A stretch of DNA of 64,000 nt, from positions 318 to 64,317 of the forward strand of contig JBMZMY010000004.1 of the NCBI GenBank assembly GCA_049619435.1, in the 5' to 3' direction. The position numbers and the translations under genes are program-made. Shown in pieces: positions 32,743-42,375 of this stretch. Below the pieces are notes generated by a model. The model had not been told where the DNA came from. It saw nothing but the letters and a program-made list of their open reading frames with translations, and made no database searches. Position 1 is the first letter of the stretch. Each line of letters starts with the position of its first letter. Origin of the DNA: Synechococcus sp. Lineage in GTDB: Bacteria; Cyanobacteriota; Cyanobacteriia; PCC-6307; Cyanobiaceae.

Positions 32743-33615
32743 ATGGCCGATCAGCGACGGGCAGGAGTGGTTGGGCTGGGTTTGATCGGCGGCTCGCTCG
32801 GGTTGGATCTGCAGGCTTTGGGCTGGGAGGTTCAGGGTCTGGTGCATCGGCAGGTGACCGCCGAACGCGCGTTGGCCCGTGGTTTGGCCCAGCAGGTCAG
32901 CACGGATCCTGCCTGTCTTGCTGGTTGTGACCTGGTGATCCTTGCCTTGCCGATCGCACGTCTGCTGGATCCGGATCCAGCCTTGGTTGCGGCTTTGCCG
33001 TCGACGGCGGTGATCACGGATGTGGGTTCGGTGAAAGCTCCGGTACTGGAGGTCTGGCGTGCTCTGCATCCCCGCTTTGTGGCCAGTCATCCGATGGCCG
33101 GAACAGCAGAGGCTGGGGTCGAGGCCGGTTTCGCCGGGCTCTTTCGGGGCCGTCCCTGGATTGCGACACCGGATGCCCAGACGGATCCTGCAGCGCTTCG
33201 GCTGATTCGGGAGTTGGCGGCTGCTCTGGGGAGCAGCTGGACCGTCGCCTCCGCCGCGCAGCACGATCAAGCTGTGGCTCTGATTTCCCACGTGCCGGTG
33301 TTGGTCAGCGCAGCGTTGCTGCGGGCCGCTGGTGACGAACGGGATCCAGAGATCCGGCGGCTCGCCATGGAGCTGGCCTCCAGCGGGTTTGCGGACACCT
33401 CCCGGGTCGGAGGGGGAAATCCGGATCTGGGCGTCGCGATGGCGTCTGGTAACCGGGATGCCGTCCTCAAGGGTCTGGCGGCTTATCGCTGGAGTCTTGA
33501 GCAGCTGGAAGATGCGGTGATGAAGCAGAACTGGGAGCAGCTCGGCAAGGAGCTGGCCCGTACCCAGAGCCTGCGTCCCAGCTTCCTCGCCCGTGTCGAT
33601 CAGCCCAGCGTTTGA
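32743..33615 (+). CDS. tyrA: Prephenate/arogenate dehydrogenase
   Basis: GLGLIGGS, TDVGSVK, HPMAG, HDQAVALISHVP, GFADTSR. Confidence 0.95.
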   Translation: MADQRRAGVVGLGLIGGSLGLDLQALGWEVQGLVHRQVTAERALARGLAQQVSTDPACLAGCDLVILALPIARLLDPDPALVAALPSTAVITDVGSVKAPVLEVWRALHPRFVASHPMAGTAEAGVEAGFAGLFRGRPWIATPDAQTDPAALRLIRELAAALGSSWTVASAAQHDQAVALISHVPVLVSAALLRAAGDERDPEIRRLAMELASSGFADTSRVGGGNPDLGVAMASGNRDAVLKGLAAYRWSLEQLEDAVMKQNWEQLGKELARTQSLRPSFLARVDQPSV

Positions 33616-33641
33616 GGGGTGCCCCGCCCGAGCCGGGGGCT

Positions 33642-35144
33642 TCAGGGTTGAACGGTCAGGGGGTGCCCGCGTTGTTCCATCAATTGCCGACAAGCGTTCA
33701 GCGCCGACAGGCTGACTCCCGCTGTGCCTTCACCTGGATGCAGGCTGTCACCGCAGAGCCAGAGGCCCTCCAGCGGCGTCCGGCCGGCCAGGCCGAACGG
33801 GCCAAATCGGGTGGGATGTTGACCCAGTCCTCCGACGATGCCCTCGGGTCGCCCAGTCCAGCCAGCAAAGCCACGGGGTGTGGCCAACTCCTGGTGTAGC
33901 CAGGCATCGTCGTTGAAACCCAGCCAGTGGCTGAGCTCAGCCTGAATCTCCTCCATGGCGCGTTGCTTGCGCTCCTGGTACTGCGGTTCGGGCAGGCTGC
34001 ACCAGTCCGCGGTGGGGGTGAACACACTGGCGATCAACGTCGCCTGGCCGGTTGGAGCGCGCCCGTCGCCCTCACGACTGATCGAGACGAACAGGGACCC
34101 TGGGCTGTCGCATCCCTTCTGGAGGTGTCCAGGACAGTCGCTGGGCAGTGCATCGCGGCGCACCACGCTGTACAGCACGAGGGCGCCACTGGGTTGGGGT
34201 AAGCGGTCGAGTCGTTGGCGATAGCTCGCTGGCATGGCGTCGGCGGCCAGCAGCGATGGCAGGGTCTGAGGAGGAAGGCTGCAGATCACGTCGCCGGCCC
34301 GATGCTCGACGAGCTCTCCAGCACCGTTCGAGGCCTGGACCAACCAGTGGTCGGCCTCACGTGCCAGTCGGCTCACCCGGTGCCGCAGCAACACCTGGCC
34401 GCCATCGCGGGCGATGGCGGCGAGCAGCCGGTCACTGAGGATTTGCATGGAGCCCTGCAGATGCCAGAGCCCAAGGGGTGCTTGTGCCATCTGCAGCACG
34501 GTGGCGCCGTACAGGGCCGCTGTGCGATCCGCAGGCTCCTGGGAGTAGAGCTTGAGTTGCAGGTCGAGAAAACGCCGCAGCCGCCGATCCTGCTGACAGC
34601 CGCAGAGTGTCAGCAGGTCGGCGATGGTCAGGGTGGTCAGCAGACCGGAGGCGATGGTTGCCGGTCGCAGGGCACTGACCAGTTGTCGCCAGTCCCAGAG
34701 CGTTCGCGGCGTGACCACCGGGTCGCGCCCTGCGAAGTCCCAGTTGCTGGCATGAATCGCCGCGCAGAGTGCCCAGAACCGTGCACTCCCTGGGAACTGG
34801 GTGTCACGTTCGTGCTGCCAGCGAACGGGGTCATGCCAAAGCGGAATCGGTGGGCTGCCGTCATCGAGGTCGACCAGGCACCCAGGATCAAGGATCTCAG
34901 CGTCCGGCAGGGGCACATCGAGATGACGGAACAGGCGTTCATGGCTGCCCCCGGGTTCGAGCCCCGCCACCTGTGTGGCGCCCACATCGAAGGTCCACGG
35001 CCCTCGCCGAAAGGTGCCTGCGCAGCCACCCGTCTGGTGGTGTGCTTCCAGCAGCGTCACCGGAACGCCCTCTCGGGCCAGCAACGCTGTGGCTGTGAGT
35101 CCGGCGATGCCCCCGCCGATGACAAGCACCCTGGAATCGGTCAT
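33642..35144 (-). CDS. crtD: CrtD-like carotenoid C-3',4' desaturase (FAD oxidoreductase)
   Basis: GGGIAGL FAD motif, GGCAGTF, FDVGATQVAG, GDSLHPGEGTAGV. Confidence 0.8.
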   Translation of the reverse strand: MTDSRVLVIGGGIAGLTATALLAREGVPVTLLEAHHQTGGCAGTFRRGPWTFDVGATQVAGLEPGGSHERLFRHLDVPLPDAEILDPGCLVDLDDGSPPIPLWHDPVRWQHERDTQFPGSARFWALCAAIHASNWDFAGRDPVVTPRTLWDWRQLVSALRPATIASGLLTTLTIADLLTLCGCQQDRRLRRFLDLQLKLYSQEPADRTAALYGATVLQMAQAPLGLWHLQGSMQILSDRLLAAIARDGGQVLLRHRVSRLAREADHWLVQASNGAGELVEHRAGDVICSLPPQTLPSLLAADAMPASYRQRLDRLPQPSGALVLYSVVRRDALPSDCPGHLQKGCDSPGSLFVSISREGDGRAPTGQATLIASVFTPTADWCSLPEPQYQERKQRAMEEIQAELSHWLGFNDDAWLHQELATPRGFAGWTGRPEGIVGGLGQHPTRFGPFGLAGRTPLEGLWLCGDSLHPGEGTAGVSLSALNACRQLMEQRGHPLTVQP

Positions 35145-35178
35145 CGGGCCATGCTGACAAGCGGCTGACTCCGCTGTG

Positions 35179-36069
35179 ATGAACGACGCTTTGTTCCGCG
35201 AGCTGGTGGCGGCTGATGGGCCGTTCCCCGGGCAAGAGATCAGCGCGGCGCTCCCGGTGGGAGGGGGCTGTATTCATCAGGCGTTCGCGGTGGATTTCAG
35301 CAGCGGCGAACGGGTGTTTGTCAAAGCCGGTGCGGCATCGGTCCTGCCGATGTTCTCGGTGGAGTCGGAGGGCCTTGAAGCTCTGCATGACCATGCCGAT
35401 GCCACGACGCTCGTGGTTCCACGCCCGATCGGCGCGTGGGTGTTGCCCTCCGGCGCCGTGCTCGTCTTGCCCTGGCTGGACCTCGGCGCTGGTGATCAGT
35501 CCGCCCTGGGGCGGGGCTTGGCTCAACTGCACCGCCAGTCGGCGTCAGCGAGTCCTGGCCGCTTCGGCTGGCATCGCGATGGTTTTATCGGTTCGGGGCG
35601 TCAGCCCGGCGGTTGGTGCGACCGCTGGGGTGATGCGTTCGTTGAGCTGCGGCTGCGCCCTCAACTCAAAGATGCAAGCCGATGGGGGCTCAGGCTTGCG
35701 GACCTAGAGCCCCTGCTTGAGGCCGTGGCGGTGACTTTGAACCAGCTGGAGCTTCAGCCCGCGCTGGTCCATGGTGACCTTTGGGGGGGCAATGCCGGAT
35801 GTTTGCAGGATGGTCGTGGGGCGCTGTACGACCCCGCCGCCTGGTGGGCCGATCCAGAAGTGGATCTGGCGATGACCCGACTGTTTGGCGGGTTCAGCCA
35901 CTCTTTTTATGCCGGCTACAACGAGGTGATGCCGTCACGGATAGAGGCGAATCAACGCGTTGACCTCTACAACCTGTATCACAGCCTCAACCACGCCAAT
36001 TTGTTCGGTGGGTCTTATGAGCGGCAGAGCCGGGACATGCTCAAGGCACTGGCCCGGCAGCTGCTCTGA
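35179..36069 (+). CDS. Fructosamine kinase family protein
   Basis: VGGGCIH, LVHGDLWGGN, YDPA, EVDLAMTRLFGGF, LNHANLFG. Confidence 0.92.
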   Translation: MNDALFRELVAADGPFPGQEISAALPVGGGCIHQAFAVDFSSGERVFVKAGAASVLPMFSVESEGLEALHDHADATTLVVPRPIGAWVLPSGAVLVLPWLDLGAGDQSALGRGLAQLHRQSASASPGRFGWHRDGFIGSGRQPGGWCDRWGDAFVELRLRPQLKDASRWGLRLADLEPLLEAVAVTLNQLELQPALVHGDLWGGNAGCLQDGRGALYDPAAWWADPEVDLAMTRLFGGFSHSFYAGYNEVMPSRIEANQRVDLYNLYHSLNHANLFGGSYERQSRDMLKALARQLL

Positions 36070-36074
36070 CCCGA

Positions 36075-36458
36075 TCAGCCGAGATATTCCTGACGCAGGC
36101 TCTGAATGCGCTGCACCAACACAGAGCGCTTATCGCTGGTGGTGAGATTCTTCCAGCTCCACTGGCCAACGACCACCAACCCGAGGAGTTCCAGCAGACC
36201 GGGAACCACCGGCAGCAGGTTGATGGTGTCGAGGATGCCCTTGATCAGGATTTGGGCAACGATGACGGCAGCGAAGATGCCGACAATCTTGCCGATGCGA
36301 CCCATCTGGTTCCAATCAACCTGGTCGAGGGTGTCATTGATTTTGCCGACCACTTCGCCGTAGCGCTCACTGAAGGACGCACCCTCTTCAACAGAGGGCG
36401 TTGCGTTGACCGAACTGGCTTCGCTCACGGGGTCCTTCAATCCGGTGGAGTCGCTCAT
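36075..36458 (-). CDS. CAAD/CURT1-domain thylakoid membrane protein
   Basis: ILDTINLLPVVPGLLELLGL...WSWKNL..S.KR. Confidence 0.85.
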   Translation of the reverse strand: MSDSTGLKDPVSEASSVNATPSVEEGASFSERYGEVVGKINDTLDQVDWNQMGRIGKIVGIFAAVIVAQILIKGILDTINLLPVVPGLLELLGLVVVGQWSWKNLTTSDKRSVLVQRIQSLRQEYLG

Positions 36459-36478
36459 TGGGGCAACAAATCCAAACA

Positions 36479-36958
36479 ATGTCTGCAGAGCGTATCGATA
36501 GGGCCGCGATACCGCCAACCCTGATCCGGTTCGATGGCGGTTGCCTCACCGTTCTCCGCTCGGATTTGGCTGCGGTGGCCCCGGAGGAAGGCTGTGCTCT
36601 GCTGCTCGGAGGTCAGGCCCCGGATCGATCGGTCTGCGTCCAAACGATCTGGCCATGTCGCAACGTCTGGGCTCTGCCCGATCAGCGTCATCGGCGTTTT
36701 GCTCTCGATCCCCGTGAACAGATCGCTGCCCAGCGCTGGGCTCGCCTGCGCTGCTTGCGGGTTGTTGGGGTAGCCCATTCCCACCCCGATGGCGGCCAGC
36801 AGCCATCGGAGCTGGACTGTGCGCTGGCGGATCCGGCCTTGGTCACCGTGATCCTGGACCGCTCGGGTGCGCCGGCCGCTTGGTGGCTCCCTGGGGGGGA
36901 TGCCGTTGTGTCCGTTCCCGTGCAGGTTTGGGACACTGAACTGGCTTCCGGTCTGTGA
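36479..36958 (+). CDS. JAMM/MPN+ (M67) metallopeptidase
   Basis: PEEGCALL, RFALDPREQ, HSHP-x5-PS-x2-D; start uncertain. Confidence 0.85.
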   Translation: MSAERIDRAAIPPTLIRFDGGCLTVLRSDLAAVAPEEGCALLLGGQAPDRSVCVQTIWPCRNVWALPDQRHRRFALDPREQIAAQRWARLRCLRVVGVAHSHPDGGQQPSELDCALADPALVTVILDRSGAPAAWWLPGGDAVVSVPVQVWDTELASGL

Positions 36959-38106
36959 TGCCTGCCCCAGAGCCGTCTCAACAGCCGCTCAGTGCTGCTG
37001 AACGTCAGCGTTATTCGCGCCATCTCCTGTTGCCCGAGGTGGGTGAGGCTGGTCAGAGGCGCTTGCGGGATGCTGCGGTGCTCTGCGTCGGCAGTGGTGG
37101 GCTTGGAGCACCTCTGCTCCTGTATCTGGCCGCGGCGGGGGTTGGTCGCATCGGCATCGTTGACGCCGATGTGGTGGAGGAGTCGAACCTGCAGCGTCAG
37201 GTGATTCATTCCACGGAATGGATCGGCCGTTCCAAAGCCCGCTCCGCATCGGCGCGGATTCAGGCGCTGAACCCTGGTTGCCGGGTTGATCTGCACGACA
37301 CGATGCTGGCCATCGATAACGCCCTGGATCTCATCGCCGGCTATGACCTGGTCTGTGACGGCACCGATAACTTCCCCAGCCGATATCTGATCAACGATGC
37401 CTGCGTGTTGCTGGGGAAGCCGCTGATTTACGGCTCTGTGCAGCGCTTTGATGGCCAGGCCAGTGTGTTCAATCTCACCGCGCAGAGTCCGAATTACCGC
37501 GACCTGTTGCCCGAACCGCCGCCGCCGGGGGCTGTGCCCTCCTGTTCAGCCGCGGGGGTGATGGGTGTGATGCCGGGGTTGATCGGGATGATTCAGGCCA
37601 CTGAGGCGATCAAGGTGATCACCGGGATCGGTTCCCCCCTGGATGGTCGCCTGTTGGTGGTCGATGCCCTGTCGATGCGCTTCCGCGAATTGCGCCTGCA
37701 GCGGGATCCGTCTCGTGCCCCGATCAGGGAACTGGTTGACTACGGCCAGGTTTGCGCTGAACGTTCCGTGGCTGTGGACAGCATTTCCGTCGTTGAACTC
37801 AAGGCGATGCTCGACGCTGACGCTGAGGGCCTGGTGCTGGTGGATGTGCGCAATCCCCCCGAAGCCGAGGTTTGTCGTATCCCTGCGGCTCAGCTGATTC
37901 CCCTGGGCTCGATCGAGAGCGGTGAGGCGATCGCGCAGCTGCGTGAGCTTGCCCGTGGCGGTCGTTTGTATGTCCATTGCAAAGCCGGTGGCCGCTCCGC
38001 ACGGGCCGCCTCGTTGCTGGCCGAGCAGGGCATTGCGGCGATCAACGTGGCGGGGGGGATTGATGCCTGGGCTGATCAGGTGGATCCCACCATGGCGCGG
38101 TATTGA
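36958..38106 (+). CDS. moeB: MoeB/MoeZ adenylyltransferase with C-terminal rhodanese domain
   Basis: RYSRH, GSGGLG, SNLQRQ, DGTDNF, HCKAGGRS. Confidence 0.93.
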   Translation: MPAPEPSQQPLSAAERQRYSRHLLLPEVGEAGQRRLRDAAVLCVGSGGLGAPLLLYLAAAGVGRIGIVDADVVEESNLQRQVIHSTEWIGRSKARSASARIQALNPGCRVDLHDTMLAIDNALDLIAGYDLVCDGTDNFPSRYLINDACVLLGKPLIYGSVQRFDGQASVFNLTAQSPNYRDLLPEPPPPGAVPSCSAAGVMGVMPGLIGMIQATEAIKVITGIGSPLDGRLLVVDALSMRFRELRLQRDPSRAPIRELVDYGQVCAERSVAVDSISVVELKAMLDADAEGLVLVDVRNPPEAEVCRIPAAQLIPLGSIESGEAIAQLRELARGGRLYVHCKAGGRSARAASLLAEQGIAAINVAGGIDAWADQVDPTMARY

Positions 38107-38114
38107 CGTGACGC

Positions 38115-39263
38115 TCAGTAATCGACGCCGCGCTTGAGATCCACGCCCTGCTCGGCGTAGTGCTTGTGGCACACCATCTCGGAATGAATGCTGGCCAGAT
38201 CGAAGTACGCCGGAGGGTTTTTGCAGCGCCCGGTGATGATCACTTCGGTTTCAGCGGGCTTTCGCAGCAGGGTCTGCATGATCGGTTCGACCGGCAGCAG
38301 TTCCAGATCAACCGTTGGGTTGAGCTCATCAAGAATCACTGTTTTGTAGAGCCCGCTGGAAATTGCAGCCCGGGCAATCTCCCAGGCTCGTTCGGCTTCC
38401 ACGTAATCGATGGGCTGCTGTTGGCCGCGCCACACAATTGCGTCGCGGCCCGATCGCAGGTGGTCCACCAGGTGGGGATAGCTTTCGCGCAGGGCGGCGA
38501 TGGCCGCATCTTCGGTGTAACCGCTACCTCCTTTCAGCCATTGAAGAATCAACACCCGATGGCTTTTGTCTTGGCTGATGCCGCGCCCGATGGCCTGGAG
38601 TGCCTTGCCCAGGGCACTCGTTGATTTTCCTTTGCCTTCACCGGTGTAGATCTCGATTCCGCTGCTCACGTTGAGCGGCACCACGCGATCGTCGTCGAGG
38701 CCGGGGCGTCGATGGGCCCGCATTTCGGAGTGCAGGTCGGCCGATCGCACCAAGGTGGCCGGTGCGGCGCGTCCCGTGATGATGATTTCCATCCCGGCGG
38801 GTCGGGAATCGAGGGTGCGCACGACGTCATCGACATCGAGCAACCCGAGTTCGAGCACGGGATTCAATTCATCGAGCACCACCACCGAATAGAGCGCACT
38901 GGCGATGGCGCCCTTCGCGATCACCCAACCCCGTTGGGCTTCATCGCGATCGAATCGCGTGGCTTCCTCGGCCGTGAAGTGATCGGCGCGGCCGGTGCGC
39001 AGGTGATCGATCAGATGGGGGAAGCCCTGTTGCAGGGCTTCAATGGCTGCGTCCTCGTCGTAGGCCCGACCTGGGCCCTTGAGAAACCGCAGCAGAAGGA
39101 CACGGGTCTGCCGTTGTTCGCAGATGCCGAGGCCAATGGTGCGTAGCACAACGCCAAGGGCGGCCTGGCTCTTGCCTTTGCCCTCACCGTCATAGATGTG
39201 CAGCTGACCGTGGCTGCGTTCGCGGCTGTCCGCTGCTGTGACGATCCCGATGCTTCGGGGCAT
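38115..39263 (-). CDS. cobO: Cob(I)alamin adenosyltransferase with tandem duplicated CobO/BtuR domain
   Basis: Two copies of IYxGEGKGKS...LDELN...ITGR; ends KRGVDY. Confidence 0.9.
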   Translation of the reverse strand: MPRSIGIVTAADSRERSHGQLHIYDGEGKGKSQAALGVVLRTIGLGICEQRQTRVLLLRFLKGPGRAYDEDAAIEALQQGFPHLIDHLRTGRADHFTAEEATRFDRDEAQRGWVIAKGAIASALYSVVVLDELNPVLELGLLDVDDVVRTLDSRPAGMEIIITGRAAPATLVRSADLHSEMRAHRRPGLDDDRVVPLNVSSGIEIYTGEGKGKSTSALGKALQAIGRGISQDKSHRVLILQWLKGGSGYTEDAAIAALRESYPHLVDHLRSGRDAIVWRGQQQPIDYVEAERAWEIARAAISSGLYKTVILDELNPTVDLELLPVEPIMQTLLRKPAETEVIITGRCKNPPAYFDLASIHSEMVCHKHYAEQGVDLKRGVDY

Positions 39264-39316
39264 GGCCAAGGCTCTTACGGTTGGAGCCTACATAGATCGT
39301 TCCACCGCACGCCTCG

Positions 39317-40144
39317 ATGTTCCGCCTTCTGGAATCTCTGTCCGAGAACGAGGCTGCTCAGCTGGATCGGCTGCGCCAATGGTTCCAGTCGATGGATGGT
39401 GTGTGTGTGGCCTACTCAGGAGGGGTGGACAGCGCCTTGGTGGCCACGCTGGCCTTTGAGCAGAAAGGGTCAGCGGCCCTCGCCATCACCGGGGTGTCGC
39501 CGGCGCTGGCTCCGCATCTGCTGGACGAGGCCCGTGCTCAGGCCGCCTGGATCGGGATCCGTCATCAGGAATGTCGGACCCAGGAGCTGGATGATCCTCA
39601 GTACAGCGCCAATCCAGAGGATCGCTGCTTCGCTTGCAAGCGGGAACTGCATCGCCATCTGGCGCCGATTGCCGCCGCTGCCGGGGATGCCCAGGTTGTG
39701 GATGGGGTGAATCTGGATGATCTCGGGGATCACCGTCCGGGCATTCAGGCTGCCCGCGAGGCTGGGGTGCGTTCTCCCTTAGCTGAATTGGCCGTCGATA
39801 AGGCCACGGTGCGCAAGTTGTCCCATGCCCTGGGATTGCCGTGGTGGGATAAACCGGCACAGCCCTGCCTGGCGTCCCGCTTCCCCTACGGCGACACGAT
39901 CTCCGCGGAGCGACTGCACCGGGTGGGTCGGGCTGAAGCCTGGTTGATCACCCGTGGCTTCACACGGGTGCGGGTGCGCTGTCAGGGCACTGCTGCACGC
40001 ATCGAAGTGCCCGCTGATCGTCTGCGGGCGGTGCTGGATCTGGTTGATCAATCCAACTTGGTTGAGACCTTCCTGACCATGGGCTTCACCTCGGTGAGCC
40101 TTGATCTGGAAGGTCTGGTGAGCGGAAAGCTCAATCGCAGCTGA
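39317..40144 (+). CDS. larE: LarE-like ATP-dependent sulfur transferase (PP-loop)
   Basis: [33 protein letters not shown]. Confidence 0.88.
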   Translation: MFRLLESLSENEAAQLDRLRQWFQSMDGVCVAYSGGVDSALVATLAFEQKGSAALAITGVSPALAPHLLDEARAQAAWIGIRHQECRTQELDDPQYSANPEDRCFACKRELHRHLAPIAAAAGDAQVVDGVNLDDLGDHRPGIQAAREAGVRSPLAELAVDKATVRKLSHALGLPWWDKPAQPCLASRFPYGDTISAERLHRVGRAEAWLITRGFTRVRVRCQGTAARIEVPADRLRAVLDLVDQSNLVETFLTMGFTSVSLDLEGLVSGKLNRS

Positions 40145-40586
40145 GCGGCTCGCGCTGACTGGTTGCGATGGCGGCTGGAGTTTCCCTGAGGAAACTTTTG
40201 AGGGCGTGCCGGCCGGCTTTCAGCTCCTGACGGAGAACCTCACAGGCCTGCTCGGGCATGGTGTGATCCCCGCAAGTGAACACATCAATCGCGGCGTAGC
40301 CCGATTCGGGCCAGGTGTGAATGGAGATGTGTGATTCCGCTAGAAGCGCCAGGCCGGTGACGCCTTGGGGTTCGAAACGGTGTGTGATCAGATTGAGCAG
40401 AGTGGCACCAGCACGCTTCGCTGCTGTCGTGATGGTGGTCCTCAGAAAGGCTTCGTCATCGAGCAGACCCGTGTCGCAGTCGTAGAGCTCGAGGATGCAG
40501 TGCTTGCCGACCATGTCAGTCGGTTCGATTGTTGTCATGCCCCCCCATCCCGGATTGGGATGCAGATCAGAGAAGCCTTGCTCCAT
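40131..40586 (-). CDS. speD: S-adenosylmethionine decarboxylase proenzyme (class 1B)
   Basis: [18 protein letters not shown] cleavage site in [19 protein letters not shown]; start uncertain. Confidence 0.92.
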   Translation of the reverse strand: MEQGFSDLHPNPGWGGMTTIEPTDMVGKHCILELYDCDTGLLDDEAFLRTTITTAAKRAGATLLNLITHRFEPQGVTGLALLAESHISIHTWPESGYAAIDVFTCGDHTMPEQACEVLRQELKAGRHALKSFLRETPAAIATSQREPLSCD

Positions 40587-40606
40587 CAGGCGGAGAAAAA
40601 ACAGCT

Positions 40607-41731
40607 CTAGACTTTATCTGATGTCACGGACTGTTCCAGTTCACGGCGCTCGACGATCTGAGCGTGCTTGCGCCAACCCCCTTCGAATCCATCCAGGTGC
40701 GTGGCGCTGATCAGGCATTGATGCCGATGCCCCACCGCATCCAGCAACAATTGCTGGCGGTTCGGATCGAGTTCGGCCAGTACATCGTCCAGCAGCAGCA
40801 GCGGCGGTTCGCCGCAGAGGTCCGTGACCAGTTCCAGTTCGGCCAGCTTCAAGGCCAGTACAAGACTGCGCTGCTGTCCAGCTGATCCGAAGCGACGGGC
40901 GGGTTGACCGTCAAGCATCAGGGCAATTTCATCGCGATGGGGGCCGACCCTGCAATTGCCCAGGCGCTCTTCATCGGCCCGCTGCGCTTTGAGTTGCTCT
41001 TCAATCGACAGCCGCCAGGGTTCTTCTGCATCTTCGTTTCCCAAACGACTGCCGGGGGCATAGGTCAGCTGCAGGTTTTCATCGCCCTTGCTCAGATAGG
41101 TCTGCCAGCGGGCGGCAATGGGTTCGAGGCGTCGTAGGGCCCGTTGTCGGCGTCGATGGATTCGGGTGCTCACCAGGGCCATCTGCACATCGAAGGCATC
41201 GAGCAATGCCCCATGGTCCTGGTGTCGTCCGCTTCTCTGCCGCCACAATTGGGCGCGTTGGCGCAGCAGACGGCCGTAACGACTGATCAGATCGGCATAG
41301 ACCGGTTCCAGTTGGAGGACAACGCGGTCCAGCCACTGGCGGCGCAGAGCTGGTTCGCCGCGTACCAGATCCAGATCCAGCGCACTGAATCCAATGCAGC
41401 GCAGGGGGCCGATCAGGTCCAGCTGTCGCTCCAGCGTCTTGCCATTGCGTCGGGCTTGTCGCCCACCGCTGCGTCGAAGTTCGAGCTCCAGTTGATCGCC
41501 TTCCTCACCGACGAAAGCCCGCAGCAGGGCCCGGGGTTGATCCCACTGAATCAAATCCCGATCGTTGCTGCAGCGGTGGGACCGCAGGCTGCCGAGCAGC
41601 TCAACCGCTTCCAGCAGGTTGGATTTGCCGATGCCGTTGGGGCCGATCACCAGCAGCCGGGGCTCGGTCAGCGTCAGCTCCAGCCGTTCATGGTTCCGGA
41701 ACCCCTGGAGCTGGAGCTTGTGAAGCCGGAT
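40607..41731 (-). CDS. recF: DNA replication/repair protein RecF (start probably non-canonical ATC)
   Basis: [37 protein letters not shown]; in-frame [14 protein letters not shown] upstream of the ORF-track start. Confidence 0.95.
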   Translation of the reverse strand: MRLHKLQLQGFRNHERLELTLTEPRLLVIGPNGIGKSNLLEAVELLGSLRSHRCSNDRDLIQWDQPRALLRAFVGEEGDQLELELRRSGGRQARRNGKTLERQLDLIGPLRCIGFSALDLDLVRGEPALRRQWLDRVVLQLEPVYADLISRYGRLLRQRAQLWRQRSGRHQDHGALLDAFDVQMALVSTRIHRRRQRALRRLEPIAARWQTYLSKGDENLQLTYAPGSRLGNEDAEEPWRLSIEEQLKAQRADEERLGNCRVGPHRDEIALMLDGQPARRFGSAGQQRSLVLALKLAELELVTDLCGEPPLLLLDDVLAELDPNRQQLLLDAVGHRHQCLISATHLDGFEGGWRKHAQIVERRELEQSVTSDKV

Positions 41732-41816
41732 GGGATCAGGTGCGACGTGTGGGTAAGGTACCCATAACGAGAGGGCCTGAGGTCATCTCTTCTGCTGCGG
41801 TCTTTGACCGGTCAGT

Positions 41817-41890
41817 GGGCATGTAGCTCAGTTGGATAGAGCATCAGATTCCGGTTCTGAGGGTCGGGGGTTCGAGTCCCTCCATGCTCG
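41817..41890 (+). tRNA. tRNA-Arg(CCG)
   Basis: GGGCATG...TCAGA TT CCG GT TCTGA...GGTTCGAGTCC...CATGCTCG. Confidence 0.97.
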
Positions 41891-41910
41891 TGTTCTTTCA
41901 GAGGGTCAGG

Positions 41911-42372
41911 TCAGGGTGACTGCAGCCGCAGCCCCATGGCTCTGATTCCGGTTGGGTCAATCACAAATCCCTGTTTTTCAAGGGCTTCGACGGTGTTGGC
42001 CGGAGCGGAGATCGACAAACTGCAGCCCGGAAGGTCGCGGCGCAGCATGTGCAGGGAGCGATGCACCAGGACCGCCAGCAGCTGGTCTTGATGGGCTCCA
42101 GGGCGTGCACAGAGGTTCCACAGGTTGGCGTTCAGGGCCAGGTCACTGGTGGCACGGACAAAGCCAACCAGTTCACCACTGGAGCTATCCAGAATGCTGA
42201 GGTGCCAGACGCTGCGTTCCAGGGCCAGCAGCCAACGCTGCTCGTCATGGGTGGATTCGCCGCAGGCCTGAAGCAGGGCATTCAGTTTGGCTGGAGACGG
42301 CCGTTCGGAGGTTTCAATCCGAAAGCCATCGGGCACAGTCGGCGTTGAGGCCTGTTGAAGGAAAGGGAGCAA
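41911..42372 (-). CDS. GNAT-family N-acetyltransferase
   Basis: LVGFVRATSDLALNANLWNL...GF. Confidence 0.78.
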   Translation of the reverse strand: MLPFLQQASTPTVPDGFRIETSERPSPAKLNALLQACGESTHDEQRWLLALERSVWHLSILDSSSGELVGFVRATSDLALNANLWNLCARPGAHQDQLLAVLVHRSLHMLRRDLPGCSLSISAPANTVEALEKQGFVIDPTGIRAMGLRLQSP

Positions 42373-42375
42373 GGG

